A DNA stretch of 64,000 bases, from NCBI RefSeq assembly GCF_964194155.1, contig NC_135916.1, positions 1,860,001 through 1,924,000 of the forward strand, given 5' to 3'. Below, piece after piece: positions 26,393 through 41,292 of this stretch. Within the stretch, counting starts at the first letter, position 1. Each line of letters opens with the position of its first letter. The notes below the pieces were generated by a model. The model was not told the DNA's origin and ran no database searches. It worked only from the letters and a program-made list of their open reading frames with translations. The DNA is from Cetorhinus maximus. Its lineage: Eukaryota. Both the position numbers and the translations under genes were made by a program.

Positions 26393-26408
26393 GGCTCTTT
26401 TCAGAGCC
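26393..26408 (+). terminator. H2A stem-loop
   Basis: GGCTCTTTTCAGAGCC. Confidence 0.95.
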
Positions 26409-26777
26409 ACTCACTTAATCAGTGAAAGGGGCGACCTGTTGTCTATCCGGATGCGCGATAACATCCCTATCGATTCGTAATGACATTATATTTCTAATAC
26501 GATCTGTGAAAGCGCTGGTTACAACGAGACGCTGGTGCTGTTGCCTTTTTCCAGACATCAGGAGTCTGTGCTGCATCTATATATGACCAATTGACAATGT
26601 TCAGGGAAACATTCATTGAATAATTAATTCATTCCATTTCTAATTCAGTGACGTGAAATAGCTAAACAACTATAAATGGAATCACCCCATATCCCCAAAT
26701 GCAGCAGAGGGAGAGACCGGATGAACAAAAGGAATTAAATAAATTGTAGGCCCGAGGGTTTTAGGAGCTAGATTGTT

Positions 26778-26822
26778 TAACAAGAGATCGCAGCTCTTTC
26801 TCTGACCGACTCGGTGGCTCTT
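26778..26822 (-). pseudogene. Orphan H3-type HDE plus half stem-loop
   Basis: agatcgcagctctttctctgaccgactcggtggctctt matches the H3 3' flank, with no CDS attached. Confidence 0.7.
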
Positions 26823-27193
26823 TGGTGCATTTGGAGCTGAATCCGGTTTTTAGTGCATGTGTGAACATCCCTACCGCTTCGTAATGACAACATTCCTGAT
26901 GATATCTGTGAAAGGGTGGGTTAGAGTGAGACGCATCCTGCTAGCACTGTTACATGTTAAGGACATCAGTAGTATGTGCTGCAACTATTTATATCCAGTC
27001 TCCAGAATTCTGGAAAAAGTTCCCTTATCATTAAAATATTTGCCTTTTAAATGATCTCAATTCATCCGAAACACTCAGTAAAGGAAGCAAAGGACAGTTA
27101 CCCGGTGACAAAGTGAGGAAAATAAATTGTAGGCCTGAGATGCTAAAGTGCTGGTGGTTAAGAGATCGCAGCTCATTCTCTGACCGACTTGGT

Positions 27194-27209
27194 GGCTCTT
27201 AAAAGAGCC
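27194..27209 (-). terminator. H3 stem-loop
   Basis: GGCTCTTTTAAGAGCC. Confidence 0.95.
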
Positions 27210-27251
27210 TTTGTGGTTCTCGGTGTAAGTCTAGAGACGGGTATGGTCAGT

Positions 27252-27719
<468 letters not shown>

Positions 27720-28940
27720 CTATTTAAGACATGTCCGTCACCTCCCTCCTGTCCTGATTGGATGCAGCGCAATCCCGCCCAGAAATTTGAAAAGAGCAGC
27801 GGGCTGCATGGATTTCTGGGCCCTGATTGGTGGAGCAGAAACTGACAGTTCATCAATTTCAAAATGCCCGCCAATTTCAGAGGGACGAGTAACTGAAATT
27901 AAAATAAACCTAGTTTGAAGACAGATAAGATCAATCTGAATGGACAAATATCACAAGGTCTCAATGTTTGCGAGCCCCATTTCGGTCCCCGCTCCGACTT
28001 CCTGCTTTCGAACACGGACTAAATTCTCATTCATTCCCTGATCGGCTTACAGCAGGCTGGTATAAAACTCCTATTGATGGGCGGAATTTTGGGTCTCACA
28101 TTTAAAACTGATCAACATTATCGGTTTATCCAGGTCAAAGCCCTATAGATGTTATAGAGAGAATGGCTTGGCTCTTGTTTCTAGTGTTTTATGGCTGGGG
28201 GAGGCGATGTGGGTGGGCGGATTGCGCACACTTTCTGTAAATCAAGTTTATCTCTTAAGTTTATCTATTTGAACTATCTTCCACAATGTGCGTAAATGCA
28301 TCTCACAGTCCAAACCATGCAGCAAAATCAGAGTTTCCACTTCACCCTTCCGTCCGTCCTGAGATGCAGAATCGAGGTGATTAAGTGTAGTCAGATTTTT
28401 CTATCAGCCTCTCAATATTCGCCTTACATTCCCGCTTAAATTTGGGTTATTTCATTGATCGCCCTGATACAGGCCAGAATAAAGTTGTTCAGTGCTCCCA
28501 GGAACCAGACAACATGCAGCATGGCTGATCCATTTAAAGCTGGTATACTGGTACCTCCCAGACCCTGTCATGTCTCAACGACCCAGGAACAGATGGCGAA
28601 GAAAAAAGACAGGGTGATAATGGGGCGATGAAGCGAGAATGATGGGTCTCAAAATAGTTACTCCTGATTAAAGTGTAATAAATGATGGCCTTTATCTTGT
28701 GAACTCGGTGTTAGTTTGGGAGCTGTCGTGTTCCTCAGTCAAGCTTTGAATCGAGATTCGGCAAGTATAAAGGAAGCGAATTCCTGAAAACCGAACTAAA
28801 TTAAACCTTGAAACTTGTGTGACTCACGATCATATTGTTAATGGAAAATGCGCAGATGGAAAGGCTGTGTTTATATAAAACTACATCTCGCTTTCCCTCT
28901 CCCGCTCTGAGGTCACTGCTCTCAATGTGAGGTTGTGGGC

Positions 28941-28956
28941 GGCTCTTAGAAGAGCC
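28941..28956 (-). terminator. H4 stem-loop
   Basis: GGCTCTTCTAAGAGCC. Confidence 0.93.
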
Positions 28957-28989
28957 TTTGGGTTTTGTTATAAAGTCGGGTCGATTTGT

Positions 28990-29310
<321 letters not shown>

Positions 29311-29411
29311 TCAGTCAAATCGCTGCTGAATGAGTGGGGAGCTGCTTCACGTTCCGCTTTTATACAGCCCGCCCCGACCTGACTGAGGAAGGGAGAGAGA
29401 GAGAGAGAGAG

Positions 29412-29445
<34 letters not shown>

Positions 29446-29948
29446 GCGGGGCGAGACAGCCTGAGTGACAGTCAGGGCAACGTCTCTGGTAAAACAGCCC
29501 CTCCTCGTGCCTGCCCGAAATACATTTATTTCTCAAATTCTGAAGAGAGCTGAACAAAAAGCTTTAAAGGTAAAATAAATACTTCAACATCACAAACCAG
29601 CTATTCTGAAAATCGTAGGTATTAAATCCAATCCTCTCAGTAATATCCCCCCCTCGATACTGCAATTCTATTAAGTGTCAAACATCTGCATCTATTTCAA
29701 TCCCTCTCCTATTCTATACCAACACAACTCTAGACTCGCCCACGACCCCTCCCCTCCACAATGAAATAAAGGGATTGAGAAATTCGCTAACATCTCTTCC
29801 AACAGAATTAGAGAAACAACAGGTATGGGCCTTAGTTATGAGGCGGAATTTTGAGCGATGCTCACTCCATTGCAGACTCTCACCCTGAAAATGTGAATAA
29901 AGAAAAGATAAACATTGAATGCACTAGGACACATCCCGCTTAGGGAGC

Positions 29949-30936
29949 GTGACCCCCTGGCCCACTCCTCCATCACCCCCTACTCCTCAACCCCCACCTA
30001 CGGCACCTACCATTGCAAACGCAAAAGGTGCAACACCTGCCCCTTCACTTCCTCTCTCCTCTCCGTCCAAGGGCCCAAACACTCCTTTCAAGTGAAGCAG
30101 CATTTCACTTGCATTTCCCCTAACTTAGTCTACTGCATTCGTTGCTCCCAATGCGGTCTCCTCTACATTGGAGAGACCAAACACAGACTGGGCGACCGCT
30201 TTGCAGAACACCTTTCGTCTATCCGCAAGAATTATCCAGACCTCCCTGTCGCTTGCTATTTCAACACTCCACCCTGCTCTCATGCCCACATGTCTGTCCT
30301 TGGCTTGCTGCATTGTTCCAGTGAAGCCCAATGCAAACTGGAGGAACAGCACCTCATCTTCCGACTAGGCGCTTTACAGCCTTCCAGACTGAATATTGAG
30401 TTCAACAACTTTAGATCTTGAACTCCCTCCTCCATTCCCAACCCCTTTCCGTTTCTTCCTCCTCCCTTTTGTTTTTTCCAATAATTTATATAATTTTTCT
30501 TTTCCCACCTATTTCCATTAATTTTAAATGTATTCCACCCATGGTTTATTTCACCCCTCCCCCACTAGAGCTACCTTGCGTGTCCTGCGCTCCAATTTTA
30601 ATTAGCACATCCTTTTAGATAATATCATCACCTTCGACACCTCTTTGACCCTTTGTCTATGACATCTTTTCGTTATCTCCTCCTAACACTGTTTGCTTGT
30701 CCCAAACAACCGCGCCCCCTTAAACCAGCTTATATTTCACCCCTTTCCTATTTTTCCTTAGTTCTGTTGAAGAGTCATGAGGACGCGAAACGTCAACTGT
30801 GTTCCTCTCCGCCCATGCTGCCAGACCTGCTGAGTTTTTCCAGGTATTTCTGTTTTTGTTTTGGATTTCCCGCATCTGCAGTTTTTTAGTTATTTTTGTC
30901 TTCTTAATTTTTGTTTTTATTTTTGTTTTCATCACT
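29949..30936 (+). mobile_element. 5'-truncated Penelope-like element (GIY-YIG endonuclease)
   Basis: ORF CKRKRCNTC...NLVYCIRCSQCGLLYIGETKHRLGDRFAEH. TSD ttagggagc (29940-48 / 30939-47). Empty site at 11529-11540. Confidence 0.88.
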
Positions 30937-31134
30937 GGTTAGGGAGCTGTAAGGATATCCCTGTGTTTTATTGCACAGTGCGGGAGGGGACGGGTGGAGA
31001 GTGTGTCAGTGAGTGAGCGGGAAAATAGGATTTACGTGGGAGGAAAACGAAACATTTCCATCTGAAAACTGCTCCCAGCTCCGAGACAGGGATCAAATGA
31101 TCAGGGGATCAGCTCTTTCATGTGGAATGTGGGT

Positions 31135-31150
31135 GGCTCTGAAAAGAGCC
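31135..31150 (-). terminator. H1 stem-loop
   Basis: GGCTCTTTTCAGAGCC. Confidence 0.95.
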
Positions 31151-31207
31151 TTTGGGTTTAGAGGTTTACAATTTGCTCGGGATCTTTCCCTTCTTTCCTG
31201 TCTTTGC

Positions 31208-31861
31208 TTATCTCCCTTTGGGCTTGGCCCTCGCTTTCGCCACTTTTTTGACGCCCGTCACCTTCTTGGCCGGAGACTTTTTCTTGGGAGCTGCTTTTTT
31301 CACCGGCTTTTTGGGAGTTGCCGCCTTCTTGGCTGTTTTCTTGGCCGCTGCTTTCTTCGCTGGGGATTTCTTGGCCGCTGCTTTCTTGACTGGAGTCTTC
31401 TTGGCCGTTGCTTTCTTGACTGTTTTCTTGGCCGTTGCTTTCTTTGCTGTCACCTTCTTGGCTGCCGCTTTCTTCACTGGAGATTTCTTGCCAGCTGCTA
31501 CCTTCGCCTTCTTTCCCACTTTCCCCGGGGTTGGGTTCTTAGGGACTTTGAAGGAGCCCGAGGCGCCCGTGCCCTTGACCTGAACCAGGAAGCCATTCTT
31601 CACATTCCTCTTGATGCTTTGCTTGATCTGGGAGCCCAGTTTCTCCACATCCAGCCCTTTGCCGCGCAGCGCCTTCTTGATCGCGGGCAGCGACATCCCC
31701 TTGCGATCGCTGCAATCCGCCACCACCTTGAGGATCTGCTCGCCCAGCTTGGGACCGGCTGCACTGCTCCGGGGAGCCGCCTTCTTCTTCTTCTTGGGAG
31801 TCTTGACCTGGGCGGCGGGAGCGGCTGGAGGAGCCGTTTCGGCGGCTGCAGTATCGGTCAT
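31208..31861 (-). CDS. H1: Linker histone H1
   Basis: Paralog of 14950..15606, differing in C-terminal repeat units. Confidence 0.96.
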   Translation of the reverse strand: MTDTAAAETAPPAAPAAQVKTPKKKKKAAPRSSAAGPKLGEQILKVVADCSDRKGMSLPAIKKALRGKGLDVEKLGSQIKQSIKRNVKNGFLVQVKGTGASGSFKVPKNPTPGKVGKKAKVAAGKKSPVKKAAAKKVTAKKATAKKTVKKATAKKTPVKKAAAKKSPAKKAAAKKTAKKAATPKKPVKKAAPKKKSPAKKVTGVKKVAKARAKPKGR

Positions 31862-32582
31862 GTTCCGGGACTCTGCACAAAAGTGTCTCTGTCGATCTGA
31901 ACGGGCTGAGAAATGAAGCCGCTGGTGGCGGCACTGAGCAACTTAAAGGCAGCGAGCGGACGGGGCGGAGACAGGCTGCTGTCAGCTCCAGGCTGCTGCT
32001 GCCTCTCTCTGTTTTTCTCTCCTCACAAACTCCCCAATTCCATTGAAATTCCGGCTCTGCAGTGTCCCAGACTGAATCCTTCTTATCTCTGACACTGTAA
32101 TGTTCGCTGTCGAAAATATTTCACGCGAATTGAAGACTCGAATTTGGATTAAAACCGGATTTACTGCGGATCCTTCACCCGATCTCTGCCATGTCCTCTA
32201 CTTTTCGACTGAAATCTAGATAACAACAAAGAAATTGTCTTTAAATCTCACTTTGGCGTCAAGCTGGGGAAAAGAGTGAACTTATGAATAGAAAATATTT
32301 TTAGTTTAGGCAAGCAGAACTCGGAAATCTCATGATCAGAACGGACACACAAACACAGTTTCATTCCTCTGACTCTCCCGCCCAGTTCCAACACTCTCTT
32401 ACACAATGTTCACATCTACATGTTTACAGGCAACAACTGTCAAAAATGTGAATCTCTCAGGCGTGAATTCCTGCTCTTTTTCGTACTTTGCTCCCTTTTC
32501 CATGAAGAATATTGTCGATTGTAAACACAGCGAACGTTTAGCTCTCTGAGGCATGGGAGCCGTAGATGGTCTGATTCGCAGA

Positions 32583-33468
32583 TTGGTGTTTAAAAGCGAG
32601 GTTGAGTGTGTTGGGCTACAGGAAGATATAGACGGGATGGTCAAATGGGCAGATAAGTGGCAGATGGAGTTTTACCCTGAAAAGTGTGAGGTGATACAAA
32701 TTGGAAGGAGTCATTTGACAAGGAAGTATTCAATGAACGGCATGACAATGGGAAGCTCTGAGGAACAAAGTGAAATTGGCGTGTGTCCCTAGATCTTTGA
32801 AGGCGGAGGGGCATGTTAGTTGGGTGGGGGAAAGGCATATTGAAAACTTGCCTTAATCAATCGAGGCATAGATTACAAAAGTATGGAGGTCATGTTGGAC
32901 TTGTATAGAGCCTTGGTGAGGCCACAGCTGGAGTACAATCTGTTGGCCACATTATATGAAGGATGTGATTGCACTGGAGGTGGTGCAGAGGAGATTCACC
33001 AGGATGTGGCCTGGGATGAAACATTGAAGTTATGGAGAGAGGTTGGATAGTCTTGTGTTGTTTACGTTGGAGCAGAGAGGGCTGAGGGGCGAACTGCTCG
33101 AGGTGTACAAGATTCTGAGGGACATAGACAGTATGGATAGGGAGCAGGTGTTCCCCTTAGTTGAAGGGTCAGTCACAAGGGGGTATAAGTTCAAGGTGAG
33201 GGGCAGGTGGTTCATGGCGACTGTGAGGAATAACTTTTTTAACCCAGCGGGTGGTGACGGTCTGGAATGCACTGCCTTGGAGGGTGGTGGAGCCAGGTTT
33301 CCTCACATCCTTTTAAAAGTACCTGGATGAGCACTTGGCATGTCTTATCATTCAAGACTATGGGCTAAGTGCTGGTAAATGTGATTAAGTAGGTAGGTCA
33401 GGTGTTTCTCACGTGTCAGTGCAGACTCGATGGGCCGAAGGGCCTCTTCTGCACTGTGTGATTCTGTG
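32583..33468 (+). mobile_element. CR1 LINE 3' fragment
   Basis: LQEDIDGMVKWADKWQMEF and LEQRGLRGELLEVYKIL remnants, GATTCTGT tail. Absent at the paralogous site ~16312. Confidence 0.88.
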
Positions 33469-34924
33469 ATATGTGATTTCACGCTATTATCTGAAAAGCT
33501 CACATCAAGATGTTTATTTCTGGTGACAATACAAATTAACTGCTCCTGGTCCCTCCAGACTTCCCTGTTTATGTTGCTCCTCCTGAACTGACAGGTCACA
33601 ATTTCACAGTTTGCAATGTACCCCAATCTCAACAACCAGAGTGGGCCAGTTATATATGAACACAAATTCGTGCATAGTCAAGTTCCTGACAATGAAAGTA
33701 CTTTTCAGAGCTCGCTTCGATTTTTGATTGGAGATAATCCGATGAAATAAAAGTAAAATAGTGTGAGCGTTGGAAACCTGAAACAAAAACAAAAATAGCT
33801 GTAAAAACTCAGCAGGTCTGAGAGCCTCTGTGGAGAGGAAGACAGAGTCAACTTTTCGAGTCAGTGTGATTCTCCTTCGGGTGAAATCAATTTTTTAATC
33901 AGATGAAATGTTAGGCCTGAATTTCCGAGAGGAGAAGGAACAGTGACATTCTGACTCAAAACACGGGGCGAGTGTTCACATTGCCAGTGTATATTGACCT
34001 ATCATTAACATTAGTAACGTGCACAGGACCAGAAGTCGCGAGATAGGGGGGAGAGGGAGCAAGAGTGAAGGAGATAGAAGGAGCAAGGGAGGGAGAGGCA
34101 GAGAAATCGCTCTCTCTATTGCTACCACGTGTCAATATAGCAATGAGTGGCCCTCATATCTATCATCGGATAGAGGCATACATATTATCATTATTTCAAT
34201 AGAATATACAAATATGAGAATTAATAATTTTGTCCCAAACATCTTTTAGAACCAGAGAGGGATATAATTATCTTGAAATAGTTCAGTGAATTTACCTGAC
34301 TAGATTCCTGAAATGATGCTGTTGACTGATGAGGGAATCATAAACAAGTTGAACTTTTAATCATTGGAACTTAGAAGATTGAAAGGTTTCCTTTTTGAAA
34401 CACCGAAGATGCTGAACCTGATCGGGAAAACTAATTTAAAACTGACAGACCCACAGAGGTGAGAGATGACGTGACTCAGCTCCAGATAATACTGGGCCAG
34501 AGGCAAACACATTTCTATCACACAAACAGAAGTAATGCCAGTGGGTGAGGTGAATAGTATCCGAAATGTAATGATCCATAATCTCTGGAGCTCTCTGTAA
34601 ACTTTGGAGACAAAATGTTCGATATGACACTCATTGACTGAGAGGTTCAAACTGATTATATTAAACAGTGACTTTTAAGACCAGACATTAACTTCTGCCT
34701 GGTCACAGCAAACACATAGATTCACTGGGCGGATTGATTTCCTAAACCGGTGAATGAACAGCAAAGATGCTGCAGGGAACGATATCAGTTTGAGCTTCAT
34801 ACAGGAATCGTCCACCTGCCTGAAACTCAGCCCGTTCCACACAGACCCATTGTGATGCTCAAGCTGGAGAACATTGACTAGGGGGAGGAGCACAAGACGT
34901 TTGTTCTGTGACGTCTGTTCCAGG

Positions 34925-35323
34925 GAAGCGCTTGCGCATTGCTGCCCTCCTTCTGTTTCCTCAGACATGACTAGAAGAGCGCATGCGCCCCTCTCTTCTC
35001 CAAGCACTGACCTTGAGGGCCTTTCACTCAGTGAGCAGGAGACCTTTGTTTCAAACAGATAGAAATGGAAATCTTAGGGCCCGGGTAAGCGAGTAAACAG
35101 CGTTCTGATTCCAGCAGGGCACCGGTTTGTCAGTGTGGACACAGAAATCATCATTGACTCGGGGTAAGTTCAGGGAGAACCGGGGGCTGTTTGTAAGAGG
35201 CGGAGCGGAGCGGGAACGTGTTCCGGAACTTGGAGTGAGCGGGTGGTCGGGGAGAGGCCTTTCTGGGGCTGTGTGTGGCCCTGCTGAGGGAGACAGAACC
35301 TGAGCAAGCTGCAGTTGAAAACT
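34925..35323 (+). other. Promoter-like region plus conserved splice-donor element, copy B
   Basis: gcgcatgcgc at ~34979. G|GTAAGT at 35164. Confidence 0.6.
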
Positions 35324-38300
35324 ATTGGGATTTTCTCCCCTCAATCCTGTGATGCATATTCCAAGTATAGCTGCTGATTCATGCAACTTGTCGGCATTTG
35401 GACAGTGAACAGTGGTAACAGGCAGAGAGTAAGGAGGAGAGTAACCATGTAAGGGACACGTATTGGAGGCACCAGCTATTAAGATATAAACATTTTAGCA
35501 CCGGCTGGGAGCTGGATATTGAAATCTGAACTGTCTTTGTATCCTCGGGGAGTGTCACCCTTGGAGCCATACAGATGTGGATTGTTTCTGAGTGTCAATT
35601 GCTTGAAAGCTACCAAAGCAGACTGCTGACGTGGAATCAGACACTGTAGTATTTATTGTATCGTTATGTTTTGCATCTAGATATATATTTTTTAAAATTT
35701 ATTGTCAGTTGAAAGATTACGTTGACATATTGTCTTTCAATGTCCTCTGCTGATTTTGAGTTACAAGACTTATGTTTCTTCCTCCAGGCAAATCAATGAA
35801 GGGATCAGTTTCAAGCTGATGATCCCCCAGGAAAAATAAAAATGTAGCCGCCTCTTTCTAACTGACAGCAGGTACGATGTTACTCCGAGAGTGCAGAGAT
35901 AGACAGAACATCAGCTCCACCATCACCGAGAACAGAAATAGTCAGGCTCAAATTGATCTCAAACCCAGGTACTAATGCTCCATCCAATGGTCAGACACTC
36001 AGGGGAGGTGGAATAATTTTACCACAGTACACTCCTACTCAGTACTGCTGAATTGCAGGTCCACCAATTGCAGTCAATAATCACAGCCATTATCAGATTG
36101 AAGGGCAGCCCTTTCATGTCAAAAGAGTAGAACATCGCCTGTAATTTAAATACCAGGTATTAAGCTGATTGAAATTTACAGAATTAATCCTTGAATCCAC
36201 CCAGCATTCATTAAGCAACACCATAAATTCAACACCAAAGATCCCATATAATATCTTTTTTTTTAAATTCATTCATGTGATGTGGCTTTTCTGGCTGTTC
36301 CACCATTTAGTTGCCCTTGAGAAGGTGGTGGTGAGCTGCTTTCTTGAACCCCTGCTGTCCACATGGTGTAGGTACACCCACAGTGCTGTTAGGGAGTCAG
36401 TTCCAAATTTTTCCCCAGCGACAGTGACGGAACAGGATATATTTCCAAGTCAGGATGGTGCAGTGACTTGGAGGGGAAATTCTAGCTGGAGGTGTTCCCA
36501 TCTACCTGCTGCCCTTGTCCTTCAGGGTCGATAGAGCTGAGTTTAGTTGTTTTTGTTTCCGGTGCCTCAGTCAGTGTCGGGTGGTCCATCTGGTTCCATT
36601 TCATTTTTGTGACTTTTTAGCGGTTTATTACAACTGAGTGGCCAAGTGGGTCTAACACAACACCGCATGTCGGCCAGACCAGGTAAGGACAACAGGTTTC
36701 CTGCATTAGTGAACCAGATGGGTTCTTACAACAATCGACAATGGTCACCATTATTCTTTTAATTCCAGATTTTTATTGAATTCACAATCCGCCAAACCTC
36801 AGCAGGATTCGAACCCGGGTCCCCAGAGTATTACCCTAGGTCTTTGGATTAATAGCCCAATGACAACATCACAACACCATCGCCTTCCCCTGATAATGAT
36901 AAAGTACATATTCGTTAATACAGACACACATACACATCACGTGCCAGAGCAATATTCTCACTAATAGTTAAATCAACAGATCTCTACAAACAAGAAAGCT
37001 TAAACCTTAACTGACAAAGCAGATATTGACAAGTACGGCAAAGAATATTACACCACTCTCATAGGAGAGACTGTCAGACACAGAAGAAACCAGAATTCCC
37101 ATGACAGGGGCAGATGCTTACATTATAAAATCACAGACACATACTAGAGATAGAGAGGTGCAGAATAAAATCAATTTTTCCATAACAGAATTTTCAAAAT
37201 AAGATGAAAATGGGGACCCAGAAAGCAGAAGTTGATAGCTACGCTAAAATCACACATGAACATGCATCAAAATCTGGAGGTTTGGGTTGAGGGGTTTGGG
37301 TGAGGGAGCGAATAGTCCATGCTCACACACTAAATTGAATGCTGCAATGTGAACATCACACTCAAGTAATACAGGCTGACATGTTCACGGCAAAACTGAC
37401 AATGACCTACAAGGTGCATAGAGACCTGAAGGAAAGACAATACTCACACACAAGTATATGATAAGCATAGGGCACATTCTCATGCCGGGGACTGAAAGCA
37501 AACAATTAAATTCTCATTCATTTAAAATAGCCTAACAGTTTCAACATTTTTTTTTCCATGCTCATATTTCTGACCCTGAGCCAAACAACAGGAAAATAAA
37601 GCACACTGACATATCACAAAATTACTGATACAGAATAAAATCTGCACATCTATATACCAGTAACTGAGAGTTAAGTAGTAAAATATGCATTACATGTCAG
37701 CAACAGTGAATGCAAAATGCATCCTCAAATGTCAGGCACTGGCAGGTGCAGAGTAATAGCCACAAGGGCATTACAGAGAGTTAAATACCCAGAGTAAAGC
37801 TGTACTGCTCACAAAAAATATCTGCATTGAATAGTAATAGTATTGAAACACCTCAAGTGTGCAACATGATGTATGTTGCTAACTCCAATATCATTGCACT
37901 GTCCGACTGTCTGTAATGACCATATTGAAATGATTGTAATATTCATTGATTGTATTGAAGCATCTCGTGATCCATGTGTAAAAGTTGAATCTGTTTTCAC
38001 TTTTTGTGATGGCGATTTAGAAATGTTCTTTCAGATGTTTTATAAATAAAGTATATATAATTTTTAAAAACCCATAATTAATTCCAAACATGTATAAAAG
38101 AAAACAGTCACACAACAGCAAATAACTTGGTGCATTTCAAAATCCCCATTCACAGACAGCTAAAGAATAAGACTCATAGTAACATGTTAAAAAGTGACAG
38201 ATCCAGGGTGAACTGACATTCGCATAGCATTCTATGAAAAGTGCAGAAAAAATAAATTTCTCCCATTCTAGAAACATGCACATGTGCACACGCGCACACC

Positions 38301-40817
38301 AAATTCTACGTTGAAACCCTGTCAGAATAGAAATGAAACATAAGTGTCAGACATTGGCAGGTGCACAGTGATGCCATATTCACTTGTTGGAAATTAACAC
38401 GTACAGGGGGAGGAAGAAACACCAACAATGCTGGAAATATTCAGCAAGGAAGCCAGCACCTGTTCAGAAAGGCTGAGAGTGAACATGACAGTTCAATGAC
38501 CTTTTCTGATATCAGAATTTTCAGGTGGAGGGTAATTCAGCTCCTGTCTCCACAGATGTTGTCTGGCCTGCTCAGTATTCCCAGCAATTGTCTTTCCTTT
38601 TTCTTGAGATTTCAAGCATCCACCTGTAGATATTGTGTTTTTGCTTTTGCTACAGATTATAAACATTCCTTCATGTCAAAATCTGACAATTGCTAAGGAA
38701 ATCCCTTATTCAGGCACCAAAATTAAACAGATTCTGATCCAAAGCATCATTGAGTTCATTAGACAGTGACAAGAACAGAATGAAATTTATCACTCTGATA
38801 ACAGAGATTTCAATCCCAAACAGAAACAAACCTGTACATTTTAAAATCCACAATCGTAGATCCGAATCTGACATTCACAGTAAATGCAGAGTCTCATTAA
38901 AAATGCGAACTTTAACAAAAGTAAAAATCATGCTCACAACAGAGGCTACAAACGAGCAGACATTTTCAATACCACAATCTCATATCTAAAAGGGTCAGGT
39001 AAAGGTAAAATGTGCACTTCCATACCAGAAGCCGAATATTACAACTTAAACCCAAGGCTATCCTAAGATAAAAGCTAAAACTGGATATGTACAAAATGAA
39101 CCTTTACCACCATGCCAGATACTTGTGAGTGCCAGTCAATGTGCACAAGTACATATTGAAAAATGACAGATAGAGAGAAAAGTCCATTCACACATAGGAG
39201 AGACAAAAGGAGCATTAACAGGCACACACACCCACACACAAGGACAGGCGCACACACACAGACAAGCGCATACACAGACAGGCACGCAAAGAGACAGACA
39301 GGCGCACACACACAGGGAGGCACACACACACTTCAACAATCACACAATGACGTAACATTACTGAGAGAATCTGAGTAAATCTTAGAATTTCTTTACAAGA
39401 GAAGAATGATTAAAGAATATATGTGACACATACAGAAAAAAAAACTGAAACATTTATAGTATTTTCTCATTTTCATGTCAGAGGCTTGGAATAAGACTCA
39501 AACACATGTTTACATGTTAAAAACTGAAAAAGAAACAGTGTAAATTCACATTAACTTACCAGACACGTAACAAAACTGTCAAATGCCAAATTAGACCAAC
39601 ACATATATTTACATTCACATGCCACAAATACACAGATAGAGGGAGAAAAAAGTCACTTGCAAGTAATGAAGTGCTACAAAGTAATGCTCATACACCAGAT
39701 ATTCACAGGGACAGTGTAACACCAGCACTCACTTACCAGTAACTGACAGGCACCATGTCAAAGTCACATTTTAGCATCTGAGAAACTAATAAATACAACT
39801 GGAGAAGAAAAACTAATCATACTCACATACCTGAAAATGCACACAATTATACAGAACTTACACTCATTTATAAAACAAAACTGGAAATTAGAGAATGAAA
39901 CACATCTTATGCCGAAAAAAAAATGGCATGGATGGATTTTTAAAAAGTCACTCACCCACAACAAAAATTAACTTGCAGTGTAATTATACACAAAGCCTGA
40001 GAGTTACAGACCAACATCACACTTCCAGAGAAATAAAATAATTGGTACAGTTTAAAATACCTAAATGTATCCCAGTGACTTTACATGCAATTCATAGAAT
40101 TAATTGCAGCAAAGAAGGGGGATCCCAATTCCAATAAGATGACAAAATAATCTTATCACCCATATGTTCTGAAAGTGAAATTCAGCCTCATTTTTAAAAA
40201 TGGAAACATTACTCAAATAATAGTCAAGGCCTGAAAATTAATAAATTAGTATGCAGTGGAAACACTAGTAACATAAAATGGTTGAAACGATCAATTTAAA
40301 AAGAAGTGAACAAATCTCAGCTCACAACAATACCATGCATTGACAGATGAGGCTAGTAACTAAGGTGGATACATAATAGTGACAACTATAAAAGTTATAA
40401 CATAAGCAAGATGAAAAATGAGCTTGTTCCAACACAAGCTACTTGCAGCATCGTTCACAGAACAGAGATGCTCCCAAGTCATTATGTCCACTGTCACAAG
40501 TAAACAATTATTCATTGCCACACTGTTTCAAAGGGAAGAGACAACTGTTCATTCCAAGAGACAAACTGATCCGGAGAGTCTGATTTAACTTGGTTTATAT
40601 TTCCATCTACCATCTAATCCAGTAGAGCAATCAAAGGATTAAAAGAAAACACAACAAATATCATATACATACTCTCTCTTTCATCTTCATCAGATATTAA
40701 TTAACTGCTCTTAGCCAGAACAGAAAAAAGATAACTGACTATAAGGTACTTAATAAATTGCAAAGCAGTACCTCAGAATTTGGACAGGGCTATATATTTC
40801 ATAGCAGTCTAACAAAA

Positions 40818-41292
40818 TATTCACCAGGATGTTGCCTGGAATGAAACATTGAAGTTATGAAGAGAGGTTGGATAGACTTGGGTTGTTTTCGTTGGAGCAG
40901 AGAAGACTGAGGGGCGACCTGATCGAGGTGTACAAGATTATGAGGGGCATGAGCAGGGTGGATAGGGAGCAGCTGTTCCCCTTGGTTGAAGCGGCAGTCA
41001 ATAGGGGGCATAAGTACAAGGTGAGGGGCAAAGGGTTTATGAGAGTTGTGATGAAAAAAAGTTTACCCAGAGGATGGTGACGGTTTGGAATGCACTGCCT
41101 GGGAGGGTGGTGAAGGTGGGTTGCCTCTCATCCTTTAAAAAGTACTTGGATGAGCACTTAGCACATCATAACATTCAAGGCTATGGACCAAGTGCTGGTA
41201 AATGGGATTAAGTCAGGTGTTTCTCACGTGTTGGTGCAGATTCGATGGGCTTAAGGACCTCTTCTGCACTGTGTGATTCTGTGATTCTATGA
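40818..41292 (+). mobile_element. CR1 LINE 3' fragment (duplicate of 5563..6043)
   Basis: LGLFSLEQRRLRGDLIEVYKIM. Confidence 0.88.
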
